Shown: piece by piece, positions 26,239 to 40,700 of the stretch
Layout: the number at the start of each line of letters is the position of its first letter
Numbering within the stretch: the stretch's first letter is position 1
NCBI RefSeq assembly: GCF_910592395.1
Contig: NC_088308.1
Location: forward strand, 1,426,001-1,490,000
From: Lineus longissimus
Taxonomy: Eukaryota
Direction of reading: 5' to 3'
DNA: 64,000 bases
Position numbers and translations under genes: made by a program
The notes under the pieces: generated by a model
Told to the model about the DNA's origin: nothing
Database searches by the model: none
Seen by the model: the letters and a program-made list of their open reading frames with translations, nothing else

Positions 26239-28456
26239 CGAGTGCTCTGCCTGTCTCATCTCTCATTGTGTTGGGAAGACAGTGGAGTGTAATCTGTGAG
26301 ACAACTGCATATAAAAAGACACTAAAAATGATGTTACTCACAGTATAAAACTTGCTATTTATTTTACATAATTCCATATACAATATGTACATCTAATATT
26401 AGAACAAACTATACAAGGAAATAGACAATACATATACATACAATCAGACCTGTTTAGCAAGCCTGATTTACATTATGAAGGATTACATGAACTTTTATAC
26501 ATAATGAAGCACCATAAACAGAAATTCCTAAACTGGGAAAAAAAGTTCATTAAAGAAAATTTGGTAATTCACCAATTTTGCATGTGTAGCACAATCTTCA
26601 ATAATAAAGAGTCGATAAGTCTTTTCATTTGACATCACATGATATTCATAATGCAGTGATTTTGTTCTGTCAAACATAATGGCACTTGATGTCATGTCTC
26701 GTCTCTGATTGGTCAAGAGACAATAATTCAACAAGTCACTGCAGGAAGGCAATTGGCACTCAACCAATCACAAATGCCCTGCCGAGAAGCAGACATCCCA
26801 TAATACTAAGAAAATATCTCACATTTGATTAGCCGTTGGAGATACTTGGAACCAATCCAGTTAGAATGATACAAATGAATGATCCCAAAGATGGAAAATT
26901 ATTAAGACAACTTACAATAACCAACATTGTAATGACTCAACCTCTAGATGAAAACTGGGGTCATCCCTACTCCCTATGCTGCCAGCTCTTCAGACACCAT
27001 TGTCGCTAATAAAAAATGGCAGACCAACTCTAGATCTAACACATGAACACGATTCCGCTGAATACCTCGAAATAAGCTACATGAATGCGTGGTTATGCCT
27101 TATGTACACGACATTGAAAGATTTCTGAAGAGGTGCCCATATCAACCCTTTCAAAGACACCGACAAATTGGTTTAGAACCGTTATCACCACTATCTTGGT
27201 GGCACTCCAGGCAGAAATCAAAACTGCACAACAAATGCGGACGTACACACCTGTCCACATCCATCCCCACTTTAGAACCTCACCTTATGTGGGAAAGGGT
27301 TTACATGGGCTGAATTGTACAGTGCCTTCTAAAAAGTTAGGGAATAAGTTTGGAGTAAGAAAGTGCTATGAATTTATCACTCTTAAAATCCTTCTTGCAT
27401 TAAGTTAAGACTTGCATCCATAAAATGATATCGCAGGCCTTATAAGGTCCTCTCAAAGACACTTTCCTGAATGAACTTTCTACATGGCAGCACAACGTCT
27501 ACAAATCAGGTGCTGCCCCCTTTGAAATAATCCCCAACTGTAAACCAAAACATCTTTGCTGCATTCATTTTCGTGACTATCATGACTGGCCTTCTAACCA
27601 CAACAACAACTTGAACTTTCGGAGCTTTCAGTACTTTCAAATTTGTGCAAAGATTTCTTGGAATACATTATAATTCATATTCAATATCACAGTCATCGTC
27701 TCTTTAATATGTGGCGCTATTCGCCACTTTCACTTTCGAGGAATCATAAGCAACCATTCCCTTTTCAGCTTACAGAGAAACAAAACATCATGATCCTTAT
27801 CTCTTATCTATCCTGGTCATCTACTGAGGAAAACAAGTCCTCTCATTTCGGGGTGAGGCAGGAGGTGAGAGGTCCAACTTATAGCATCCAGACTAATCTG
27901 TAACACTAGGCAACTGTTCTGTACAAGCATGAATGGTGCAGACACCTATCTGCAATGTTATGTAACTTGCTGTGGCCCACCAGACTCCTGCCTATGGACA
28001 CCCTTTAAGCCGAGAGTTTTATCACAAGCCATACATACAGGATGTCACAAAATAACATCAGAAACTCGGGCGAATTTCAAGCAAAACTTTAGGCAAACAT
28101 TTTTGATTTTTATAGTCACAAAATTGGGAAATTATTGCACTAAAATCAACTTGTCTGCATAGTGAAAGGTCTATTTTGGAAGCTTCCGAAATATTACAAC
28201 ATTTTGAGAGGAATTTACAATGTATGCATATGTTAGATATTTTGATAAGACAGTATTACTTCAATGACCACTGATGCAATTGAAATTTGCTAGTTCTCAG
28301 AATGAGAACAACCTCAATTGAAACTACATGTAGAAAGGTATAGCACATCCATAGAATAATATAACTTTATAAAAGTCACAGTCTCCAATTATCGACTTGA
28401 AAATGTTCCATTGACATTGAATGATACTACACCTCCTAATGAATAGTAAACAGCTC

Positions 28457-28594
28457 AGCATGACCTCAGACTTGAATCATATCTCCAATGAGCATGACCT
28501 CAGACTTGAATCATATCTCCAATGAGCATGACCTCAGACTTGAATCATATCTCCAATGAGCATGACCTCAGACTTAAATCATATCTCCAATGAG
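28457..28594. repeat. 34-bp tandem repeat x4 in the probable RAPGEF 3' UTR
   Basis: agcatgacctcagacttgaatcatatctccaatg at 28457, 28491, 28525 and 28559. Confidence 0.95.
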
Positions 28595-28764
28595 AGATGC
28601 ATTAGCTGGAGACGTGTGCATCTGATGAAGACTCAACTGCCCCATGGAGAAGATGTCGAAGAACACCATTGTCCAGCTGAAGACAAGGCCGGGCCTGCCA
28701 CGTGCATAGCTGACTGGTACGAGACCATGGAATGGGAAATGATGGCTTATGATTTAGGCTCTAG

Positions 28765-31700
28765 TCATACGGCAGACACTTGTTCACGCTCACCTGCAAG
28801 TGGGGAAAATAATGACAGGATACAGAATTAACGAGGCTGTATGGTAGGAGGGCTAAACTATGTCTCAACCGGTCCAACAGTTATGACGAAGTTAAGGTTA
28901 GGTTCTGTTATCAGCTGTGGTGACTGGATTAATACAAGTGTCACAGCATGTCCACACACCAGTGTACATTGAACCTCTCTGGCTCATGTCTGAATCTTAC
29001 TCAGTGTACGAGAGTCGCTTGATTTGAAGATGTTAAGGAATGTTAGCATGTCTGGTTGACCAAGTAGCTAGATCGTGTTTCAGTTTGCTTTAGAACAATC
29101 TCTGACACCCAGGCAATTGCCTGGTACTGAAACCAACATCCCGAGACAGTAGTTCTATATCGGGTCACTAGGTGTCACTTACCCTCCTCATCACAGCAGA
29201 TTGTCACTTGCTCCTCTGAATCTGACGATTCATAATGATAGTACCCGCCCAACACCCCTTCATGAGAATGAGCTCTGCCATGGTCTGCGATGTGCTTCCT
29301 TCGATGAAAGTGCTGCTGAGTTGCGGAGTAGTAATCAGGGGGGACAGGTGGCCTTCTTATGACGGGAGGTCTCATCTGTGTGTATTGCTGTGTGATGTAA
29401 TGGCTGTATGCTGAAAGACCAGAATGAAAACTGTTACTCAAATGTACATAGGCTAATCTTGACAATAGCAAGTTGCAGCAAATAAATCATCATCATACGC
29501 GAGAGATTTTTTGCTTTACTAAAACTCGCTAATAACAAGTACAACAAATTCTCAAAGCTAAGTGACTTCTAGAAGGAGTTCTGGTGCTTTTTGGGGTGGA
29601 TTTCTAACCATTTGACCAGCAACAAGAGCCAAGAAGAAGGATGGGAGAGTCAACCACAGGACGTTGGTGACAACTAACATCAACATTCTATCTCTTTTTC
29701 CCCCTATTAGCACATATTTACAAACAGAACATCTGGGACTACAAGTGGTCAAAGCTATTTACAGCCACATCTAGTTAAATGGCACATAGACCGAACAATT
29801 CAAAGACATTTTCGTTGGTCAATTTGTCAATTATTTACAAAATGTGAATGAAAAACAAGGAAACAGAAAATACAAACTAAGGTCAAACAGAAAGTGAGAA
29901 AAAATTGTTGAACTCAACAGGCAACGCTTTGAGTAATGAATTGGTTGTTGATGACTGTAGGTTTGGAAGACCAGGGCTCTTTTTGCCAGATAGCAGTTGC
30001 TTTCAGTCACCTTCGAGGGAGGGGAGATCGTGGTCAACTCATGTAAGGTTCAACAGGCACGGAGTATTCGGGGGTTGGTGGGTGAACATTAACTATTCAT
30101 GCAGTTTCTCTTGGTGCTTTTCTGATGGTCTTTGTGAAGAATTGATGGAAGCTGACCGGGACAGAAAAATAATGGCAAAGGTACGTCCCGCTTTTGATGG
30201 TTAAACCAAGTAAGTAAGCTATATACTAATATCAGGCAGCAGCATGAGTCTATCAAAACTACCTATCAATTATCTCATTTCAAACCACCAATTTGATGGT
30301 TCAATGTCACAACTATGGTGTTTCTGATACAAAGTTGACTAGGGTGTGCTCATACAAAACTTAACGAAGCAAAACTCAAAATCTACAAAAGCGCAAAGCA
30401 AATAGCATTGGAAACAAACAACAGCAAATAAATAAGGGACAAGACCAGGCTCTGGTCAATGCTTGGCCAAGAGTATCCACAGTGATGATGCAACGAATAG
30501 GTTATTTACAATTCAACACAGATTTTGTTATTTGACAGATAAGGCACACAGCAACGAGCTCTGGAAAGAACTTTGAAATGAATGCGTAAAAATATCTGAA
30601 AAGGTTCAAAACTACTTTATAACTAGATTCTTTATAATCACCCAATCAAATTAAATCAAATCTAAAACCATCATTTGGATGAAAATCAATGGTGTTAGTC
30701 AATATTAGTCAATTAGTTGTCCAAGATTTAGTATTTAATACACAACATGATTATTTTTATATCAAACTTGAGGTCATCGCTCTGGGATGATTGTCTTCAA
30801 AAGCTTTTAACCTCTCTAAATGCAACACTTGACAGAAAAGGTCCAATGGTGTTTTCCTGTCCAAAAGGTGCATAACTATAGAGATGTGATACGGTGCTAA
30901 AGTGCAATCAGGTGTTTGAAAGAAAGTGATCCTTTTCCTAAATAAAGGCTAAAACATGCACCATAGTTGCCAATAGTTCATATTTTAACTCTCCAACCAA
31001 CAACTTTTTGTTCACCGAAACTCTTTTTATAGTAGTTCAGTTCAGTAAATACTTCACATTTATAAAGACTGAATTCTAAAACAGAGTGTGTTTGTTTCAG
31101 ATTGAGCTCTTAGCTAACAAAACGATCTGAGGGGCAAACTCGCCAAAAAAATGTCTTCAAAAATTTGCTATGAATTCCCAAGTTCTTTCCAGAGCACATT
31201 ACTGTAGCTAACTGCAGGCCGGCTCACCTCTGGCAGATGCGTTTTGAACAGCAATATCGTACGATGGTAAGGGAGGCCTATTCGGACATGGCTGAATTGG
31301 ATATGGGTGCACCACTGCAACATAAAACCCATGATTACCGATAAGCTAGCCGCTACGCCATCTCAAGTTTACACCATTTTTGCGTTAACATTAAAAAATG
31401 ATCAAATAATTCTTCTCAAATCAATGAAAATTTGATGTTCAATGTTACTCAGATTGAAGTTCCATAAGTTACCCAGATAAAAAATTGTTAGATTTGTGCA
31501 CAGTTCAGCATGATACATAAGCACCACCAGTGGCAGAAAAGGCAACTAAGATATGTCATTTTGTACTTTCCCCAAGGACAGTCCGGGAATGCACACACAT
31601 GCCTTGATTCAATCAAACTCTACACAAACATGAAGAGGGTGGTGCTAGATTGGTTCCTCTTTCTGCCAATAGGAGACTCACTCCATAGGTAAGAGAGCAG

Positions 31701-34700
31701 TGGTGGTGCAAGGAGCTACAACTCTGGTAGGTGTGCTTATGTAGTAGTGCTGAAAGAACTGAGACACATGGCTCACATAGAACAGGTTGTGCTCTTTCTC
31801 GTTTGGAACTGTACGTTTCCATAGAAACACATAAACATGCCACATGCTTTTAAAATCATTTAAAATCAATTGAAAAATCTGAAAATTAAACTTTCATAAC
31901 ACACCAACCCTGTGATAACACCAACTTAAACCATTTGGAAAAAAATGACCCACGAGTTGAAAAAAATAAAAAAACGACAGTTAAAGCAGAAATGTTTAAA
32001 CCAGATGGCAAAAAGGAGCAAAAAGATTCGACTGCACACAGAAACAAAGGAGAAGCATGATACAGGGAACATAAGCAAAATGGCCCATGAGGGCATGAGG
32101 ATACACATACAGGCTGCATGGTGGAGGAAGCACTTGGATTATGGGCAAGTGGTAGTCCTGATACTGTAAACATGGATATGATACCAATACTTGTACAGCC
32201 AATTGTCTGCTCCTTTATTACAGATTCAATGTCCCGTTTCAACTGGAGGCCAAAAATCGCATCTGTGTGCCCAGTACGGTTCTAATAACCCCCATCGCTG
32301 CCAAACCACGACTGTGGCACGCAAAATGCGCAAACTTGAGATGGGATGCATAAAAAATTGTCGAGAATTGAAATTTGTTTTTAACTGATTGAGGTGTTTT
32401 TGTTCACTGGAGGGACAATTGGCAATTTATTTGTAATACTGGTTCCATTCTGATAATTCATATCCTAAAGCATGGCAGCAAGCAGTATGTAGCAAGGATG
32501 GGAACAAGGATGGGAAAACTGATGTATTGTGATGGTTATGAGGTGTGAAGTTTAACCTTTATCTAAGATCAAAAGATGAATTCAAGTTCTGAAATTGCAG
32601 ACCAGTGAGGGAGATTATCATTTGACTGAGATGATGATAACATGGTAATACTGCAACATACTGTAACCCGGGAAGTAGTTGTCGCTTTTTGTTTTGCAGT
32701 TTTGTAAAATTGTGACTGACGCGTGTCTCAATTCAGCACTTTGGCAACCCTGTGACAGTAATTTCAATGAGATTTCTTTTTCCACAGCCTGATATTTTCA
32801 TGATGAAATACGTGAAAATAAAGATCACACAAACACTTCCAGTTTTACAATAATTGCAGGTGCGAGGCTTATCCTAAGTTGTTCTTTATGTGCAAGTTGT
32901 TCTTTCACGTTGCTCATTTGATGACTTTGCAGTGTGGATTTACAAAGAAGACAAATAATACTGGCGTTGATGACCAAAATCATGGCTAATCACAATGATC
33001 AAAAGATGCAACAAAAGACATTCAAATCTCATGGGGAAGACAAGGCAACGGAGGGAAAAGTCACATACTTTCCAATATCAAGCTGCCATGTGATAATAGT
33101 TCAAGTGACTGCAGGTGAATCACTCAGCTGCGTCAAGGCAACGGAATCAAGAGTGATAGTCAAGGAGTCCGAAAACCGGCAGTGCCTGATCATCCGACAT
33201 GAGGTATAACCATCAATGGTACCTTTGATTCTGTCTAATACGAAAGTCCAACAAGGTTTTAATCTCAAAGTATCTTCATTTCCTCCATTGCCTTGCCTCA
33301 CTGCATTCATCATATGATGTCAAACTCCATGCAAGGGGCATACTCAATTGGTTAGAGTGTTAACACAAAATCATACCGAGGGGTCAATGCTTCAAATGAA
33401 ATCTCTAAAACCAGAAAAAGCAATTAGTTCTAATTGACAATCGTTGGAAACTCAAGGCTGTGGTTAATAACAGTTTGAAATTCCAGCAGCGAACTCAGTA
33501 TGATGAGATTTGTGTGTCCACGTATAGCCACACAGGCAATGCTACGATCACCCATGGACAATTACATATCTCACAAACTGTGGAACACCTCGGGCACTTG
33601 ACCACTTGCCAACTTTCTGTGTTTTCTCTGCTCTCCACCGGCATTGAAAAAAGGCAAGATGGCAGAACAAAGCGTATTGTAACAGCAAATTCTCGAACCG
33701 ACATGTTTTTTCCTCACGCTGAAGGACAGCAGAACAAACACAACCAATTCTCAAGCCTGCAAGTGCCGAAGAAACTGCACAGTTTGTGGGAAGCGCATTC
33801 TCCATGACGACCATAAGCATCGGTAGCACTCACCCCACGTTTGCCGCAATGTTGGCAAGATCTATGAGCATACTTGCGGCGAGGCGTCGTTTGGACTGTG
33901 AGCGCTTTGGGCGCCGGGAAGACAGCCTCGATGCTCGCCAGGCTATGGCAGAATAATACGAAATTGAGCAGAATATGGAACAATTGCAACAAGGTTCAAC
34001 CGCGACACGAATATCTTGAATCAGACTGATATTAAACCTTCACTGTTTCATCTAGATATCAGCAGATTCATCATTCAGGTTATCAGACTTCACCAGGAGC
34101 AGCTCATTTTTACGGTGTTGATGCGTGTGATATACATCAGGTAGTGCAGTGCACACAATTATAGGTCATCATCCAATGTCCGACAACCAATTTTTCAGAA
34201 GAGGGTGGGGAGGGCTAACTACGAAGTCTCACTGTACAACATGGTTTTGCAAAAATAAGTACTATTTAAACAGAGTTGCAAGGACACGTTGGGGGTCATA
34301 GAGGCATCACAGCTAAATGGTACAAAGCTGGAATTGGTGCTGGAAGAGTCTACGTCTACATGTTCTAAAAGTTTGATGACAAAGGAGTGCAAATTCTAAC
34401 TGTTTCAAAATGACTATCCATGCCGAACTGGAATTTCAGGGAAGTGAACCAACTTGCTCAATGCACCAAGAGTTTGAAGAGCAAACTACAACAAGCTAAG
34501 GTTATGGGTTTCTGACGCCTTTCAGCGATTAATGGAAACAAATTTCCAGTGGAATCATGACAGTCGAGGAAAGGGGAAATTACTGCCAGCCATCACTAGT
34601 TGAAGCCACTTCTCACTACTAATTGAAGTCATCATTTCCTGATACAACAACCCTAATACAGTAATGCTGCAACTTGACACTGGTGATGGCCGACACCAAT

Positions 34701-37700
34701 TCAAACAACTCTTAAGTCAGAAATGCATAAAACAAGTCATTAGACTCTGGACCTCTTCTGAGTACTGACACTCTCACTTACACAAACCACTCAGACAAGA
34801 CTTTATGACAAACTCGGGTGATTATCAAAAAGAACACTTCATGTTACCGATACTTAGATAAAGGCACAACATATCACATGACCACCACCAAACGTTAAAT
34901 GCTGCCCAAGACACAATGCCTCCACGGAAGAGGACTCTGCCGCACCTCTACTCTGGTGCACCTCTGTCTTAATGCACCTCTACCTCTATATTAATGCACC
35001 TCTACCTCTATTTTAATGCACCTCTATTTAGCATAAGCCATGTAAGCAGCATTGGCTGAAAATTGGTGAACCGCATGAAACCAAGCGTGAATGATATGAA
35101 AACCATTAGAATCTAGTATCCAAGGTTTCAACCATTCATTCATCTTGATTTCATCCTCATCAAAAACACACCCTAGACAGATGAAAAATTCAACAAACAC
35201 CCACAAAAAGTTACAAAGCACGAAAGTCACTAGAAATTGTAGTTCCAGTACTCACCAGTAGGGGGTGCACCCCGCCGTGGCATAGGAGGTGAGTTACCCG
35301 AGCCGATAGAACTTGTGCTGTGTGCATCAAAGTTGGATGATGTGACACTGTTGTGACCCGAGTCGGTCTCGAATGGATGTTGATAGCTACCAATACTGTT
35401 AGTTGGGCTGTCTGATTCCCCTGATCCTACAGAACCTGCAAGGTGAACCATACAAGGTGAGCAGCTGGAAAGTGATCAATTGTTCAAACTGAAATATGGA
35501 TGCGGAGCTTTCTCTATTGTGAGCACTTATGTTAGACCATCACTGGGTTCAAACAGTGCCTTACGACAGTGAGGTTGAATCCATTTCAAGTTTTTAATCA
35601 TTCTGACTAGATAGTTAGATTGGATATCTGCTTCCCCTGGGCATAGGTGCCGTGTACAAGGAATCTTCACTTTGATCTCTCATTCAACCCAAAACATAGT
35701 TATCCCACCCTATTTCCTTCAACACTTCACTGGAATTGCTGCACAGAATAAGGGATTATTCCTACCTGATGTTTTTGATTTTCTTAGTGCCATACTGCTG
35801 AGACTGACCACCGATGAACTCTCTGGTGACAAATGAATGGAAGGATGAGGATGTGGATGAGGTAAGACCTGACGTGGCGACCCCTGGGGGCCTAACTGTC
35901 CCTGCCGTCGAGGAATATTGGGACTACTTGGAGGTGGGAGGTAGGCATGTTTCGGATTCAATGGCCGACTTTTCCCAGATAGAGACATCAGCTTCCGTAC
36001 CGCTTCTGGGGACGAAGCACCGAATTTTGGTCGTTGGTTGTCCGAGTTCGAGCTCACTGTGCTCAGTGTTGGGGATTGGTCACGCTTTCGCAAGTTTGGG
36101 GCTGGAAATCAATGAATGACAAGTTTGAAGATGTGACTGAAAAACTGAGGAATTCTATGTAAAAGTTGAAACAAAAGTAACATTCCACCTCATCTCAATC
36201 AAACATGTCGACGTTATTCTGGTACTTTAAAGCCAAGATTCACTCACTCAAAATTCGAAAGCAATGGATGGCCACTTGATCTTTCTATCCATTCAAAATG
36301 ACTTACCAGGGGCCTCACACTGATGTGACAACTCCTTCAGCTTCTCCTCATCAAAGATCACGGTCAGGTTACTGAGGTACGTCTTGACCCGCCGTACCAT
36401 CTGAGCCTCCTCGTACATCTTCTTGGGATTTGGTATCGTGGAGGCCCGTCGAGACTTCCGCCTCATGGTTGCTACGCTGGCGACTGTCGCTGAGGGGGTG
36501 AACATGGCGAAGGCGTTCAGGTTCATGCCGGGTCGGATGAACATGGAACTCATGTCCTGAGGAAGAAACAAATGCATAGCATGTAGATGACAGGTATCAA
36601 AGCTTGATCTTAAAAAGATCTGATAAAAACAACAGTCAAAGAAACCTTCTTGAAACGCCAGTAATCTACATTTTCAACTTTCAATACGCTTTTGAAGAAT
36701 GCTAGTGCTGATGAATTCCACTCTCCCGCAGAGTGAATAACACAACCAAAGTTCAGGTGCCAAATATGAATGTCCTGAAGGCTAAAATACTGCTCCAAAC
36801 TCCACCAACCCATGCTATCACTTCTACAAACAACTTACACCACTCACATATTTAGCTGAACACATGTGCCCTATTGCTCGTATCTCCTTCGCAATCATCC
36901 GGAGTTTCTCAAAGTTGACGAGGCCATCAACAGATGAGTCGTTGCCAAGGTGGATAAATGTCAGATCTTTCTTCACAACGGGGAAAAATGGAATCTACAA
37001 AAGAAAGGGGGACATTGATGCAATGGAGGGAGACAGTTCATAACTATAATTGGTGCTGATAATGTCAGAACCACCCAAAAGATTGTTGACTAACCCTAAC
37101 CCGAATCAAGTCATTGCAGTTGTTAAGTGTCTAGCTCAAGAACAAACCTACTCTTTTTCAAGCCACTCTAAAGGCCCATGAGATACTTACCATAGGTGGG
37201 TGCAGGTGTTCATTGTGAATAAGATTCCTGTATTTAGACATATTCCTCGACGGATCCATCAGATCTTGTAAATCCTGAAAAGTACATAAACCATGATTTT
37301 ATTGATGACTTGAAATAAAGGGAATAGAGAATGGTTGGTCCCCCGATACCACATCTGTCATAATGTCATATGGTGCCTTGTAAAGATTCTCGACACCTAA
37401 TATTGCCTGGAGATGGAGAGTTACTTACCTCAAACATTTTGATGTATTTATTTGGCACCTTATCCCAGGTCTGTCGTAACCGGCAAACTGAACCATGACC
37501 GAGTCCACTCAGGATGGAGAACATCGAGTTGAAGTTCTTACATTCCTTGCAGTGCTCTGAAACATTGATTGAGACATCATAAGAAACACAAATTACAAGA
37601 TCAATTCATACCTGAATGAAGATTGTGTTTGAATCATTCAGAACCTAGACCTTCCCCGGCTCTCCTTATGACCATCTTGTCACTTCTCTTTCCCACACTC

Positions 37701-40700
37701 CACCCACCCATGTCAGTAAGACTTTTCAACATGGGTGTTAGTGGTAGGTGATTCATGAGCACCATATTCTCATATGACAAAACCTCAGCCATTGCAACAA
37801 GCAGGGTTGAAGTGCAAGATTGAAATGTTTTCTTACTTACTTGCAGTTTTGATGAAATGTTTGATTATTTTTGATCTTTTGATCAAGTTTTGTTCACTGC
37901 ACACTTCAGTCACCACCCAGAACATCTCACGATTCACGAGCTAAAAGATGAACACACAATATAAGAACCAAACAAGAGATTTATCAAAGCAGCAAAAGAC
38001 AATCTTTTCTCAGTCATTTACAATTTGAAAAGTGTTACGATCTCTCGCCTCTGATACTTTCTGTTGAATTCCTGGCTAGGCTGCTCCCAAACTTCACAAA
38101 GAGCATGACACTCCCTCAAAGTATGTAGATCTACAGCAAGAAGGTCTAGTGTTGTCCTATAATACATTCACAACCAATGGAATAACGATTGAAACACAAT
38201 TTACCTCAGCAAATTTCTTTAAGTTTGGTATGCCGAATCTCGACTTCAACTCATACAGATCGTCCACATATTCTGTCAACTCAACATTCTGGAATATCTG
38301 GAAGTCGTCGAGGGTGAGCTGAGCAGCGATCTGTGTGCTGTTTAACTGTAGAAGTCCTATCACATTCTCCTTCATCAGCTCCCCTGCCATGTCGTCAGGA
38401 ACTAACGTCTCTGTTGACATGTTATTTTTCAAGTAATATCTGCAACAGGAAATAAAGTCCTCGTCAAATCACACAGAAATAGACGCAAACTTGCTATGAA
38501 GTTTACTGAAAGAGAAATATAAGAAGGTAGTTCCTCTCTCCTCCTCCCTTCTTAAAGAGCACAAATAAGCCCACTTGGGACCCAAACATAGTGGCACACA
38601 AAAGTGACCCAAACAATCGAAGACTGTGAGAATTCTCCTCTTGTTTTCAGTACCTACCTGCCATTGAGGGCGATCCGATCAGGAAGATTGGACAACTGGT
38701 CTGGTAATCTCTTCTGTTTTATAAAATTCTCGCCTTCAACGATCACCTCACATAGTGAGTAATTACTGAAAGGAGAAAACGTTCAGTCAATTATAGATTC
38801 TCTCATCATCATGCAGGACTGTCACTGTTTTCATTCAGATTATCTGATCTTTAAAAGAAGTCTTCACATCCACCATTTTCGAATGTGGCCAAGGTCAGGA
38901 GACCCATCATTTTCCCTCTTACCTGCTTGGATCTGTTATTCCAAACTCCCGAAGGGCCAACATGACCACCTCCCGAGCCGTCGTCTCCTTATGTACAAGA
39001 AAATATTTACACATCTGATCCGATTTAAACACTTTTAAAACATGCTCTGGAAAGTCATTTTTGGAGTCGTCAAACGCATAGGCGTATGAGGTGAGGTCTG
39101 GGTTACTGGCGCTGAGATGTGAGCCAAGCGTGGAGGAACTGTGAGAGGACCCAGATGAGGCCCGAGATCTGGAGAGGAACGTCTCATCTGACACGCCAAG
39201 GTTATCACTGCAAACGAGAGAAGACACAATTAGATCAAAGACCTACTTATAGGAGCGCTGTCTCTACAGCTTTGGTGAACTGGTTCTAGCTGAATGAAAC
39301 ACAGATCTCCACAGCTTTGGAGCAAATAAGTTGAGTTGCACAGCACAGCATGTTACTGACAGCGGCAATTGACAATATTGATACTGAATGTCTTTTCTGT
39401 ATCTGAATCGATCATTTCTTGTGGTGACTTAAGCCTAATGGGCAATCAAGATCTGATCATCTTGAGTGTGAGCATACCTGTTTCCATTCTTTGGTAATAT
39501 ATTCATCTTCATGAGAGCCTTCCGTATTTTGGTCTTATGAGTCGCATTCATGCCCTTGTCTTTCTTGTCGGCCTTCTTCTCCTTCTGTTGGGAGATGACC
39601 GGTGGCACCCCGTCCAGATCAGGCACCGATAATCTCTGCCGTGGGTCTGATTGTAGTTTCTGGATTTGGTGTTTCTTGAGAGGGCGTGATGGGGCATTTT
39701 CTGGCTGAAGAATGGAATCCCTGAATGCTGAAAGTAGAACGACAAAACTGATGAGAATTCATGACATTTTTCAGCCAGATATGTTTGGTTGGTCTTTATT
39801 TCATCCATGTAACTTGGTACTAATCAAAATCTTATCTGTGCAAATGCAAGTAAATCCATATATAAACTGGTATTCAAAAGTGGGTTGCATAATTTTCTGT
39901 TGACGTTTTTAACTAATTCAACCACAATTGGGCATACAGTTGAAACTCTATTTTATCCTCAGTGTCATTGTAGAAGTTGAACTGAAAAGTAATTCAAATA
40001 TGAAGAAAGAGAGATACTGAAAGGTAAAGCCAGCAGGGCACTGAGGTATTAGGGCACTGAGGAATGAGGTCATTTGAGAAGTGAGGTTTCTGTGTGCGAG
40101 TATGTTGTGTGTCTTTGAAACAACATCGAAATACATGTAGCATGAAAACACAATGACACTGAGACAGCTTTACAACACTTTTCCATCAAAACCATCAAAG
40201 TTTCTGCTACAATATTTACCCACACTTTACTAAGACTACATGTATATTCAAAATCTAATGCAACTGGCCGAAATGAAACACCTCAAAAATGCTGAAAATC
40301 ATGCTTTGTATTGGATCCAAATTTGTTAAATATTTTCGACTTCAAACCTTTCTTAGGATAAGAAGCTACAAGTAAATATAAGAAAGTTGATAAGTGAAAT
40401 ATGCCAAAACTATAAAGGCATCTTGCGCTGTGAGATAGTTGACCAAAGAGATGTCCTGCGCAGTAGGATAGCTAATAAAACCTACCCCATTAAAAGAACA
40501 ACAAGAAAACTAGCAAATGTGTAGTTCCTTTGAAACAATGGGGAACATTATTACTTGTTGATGGCAGTAGTTATAAGTAGCAGTCCAATGTAAGTTTCAT
40601 TCAGAAGAGGTTCTGTATTGTGTCAGGCTGCCACCTTTTGGGAACAGAGTCTCTCATTACATGCAGACATTTGATAACTCAGGGGCAGAACTTGTGCCAC

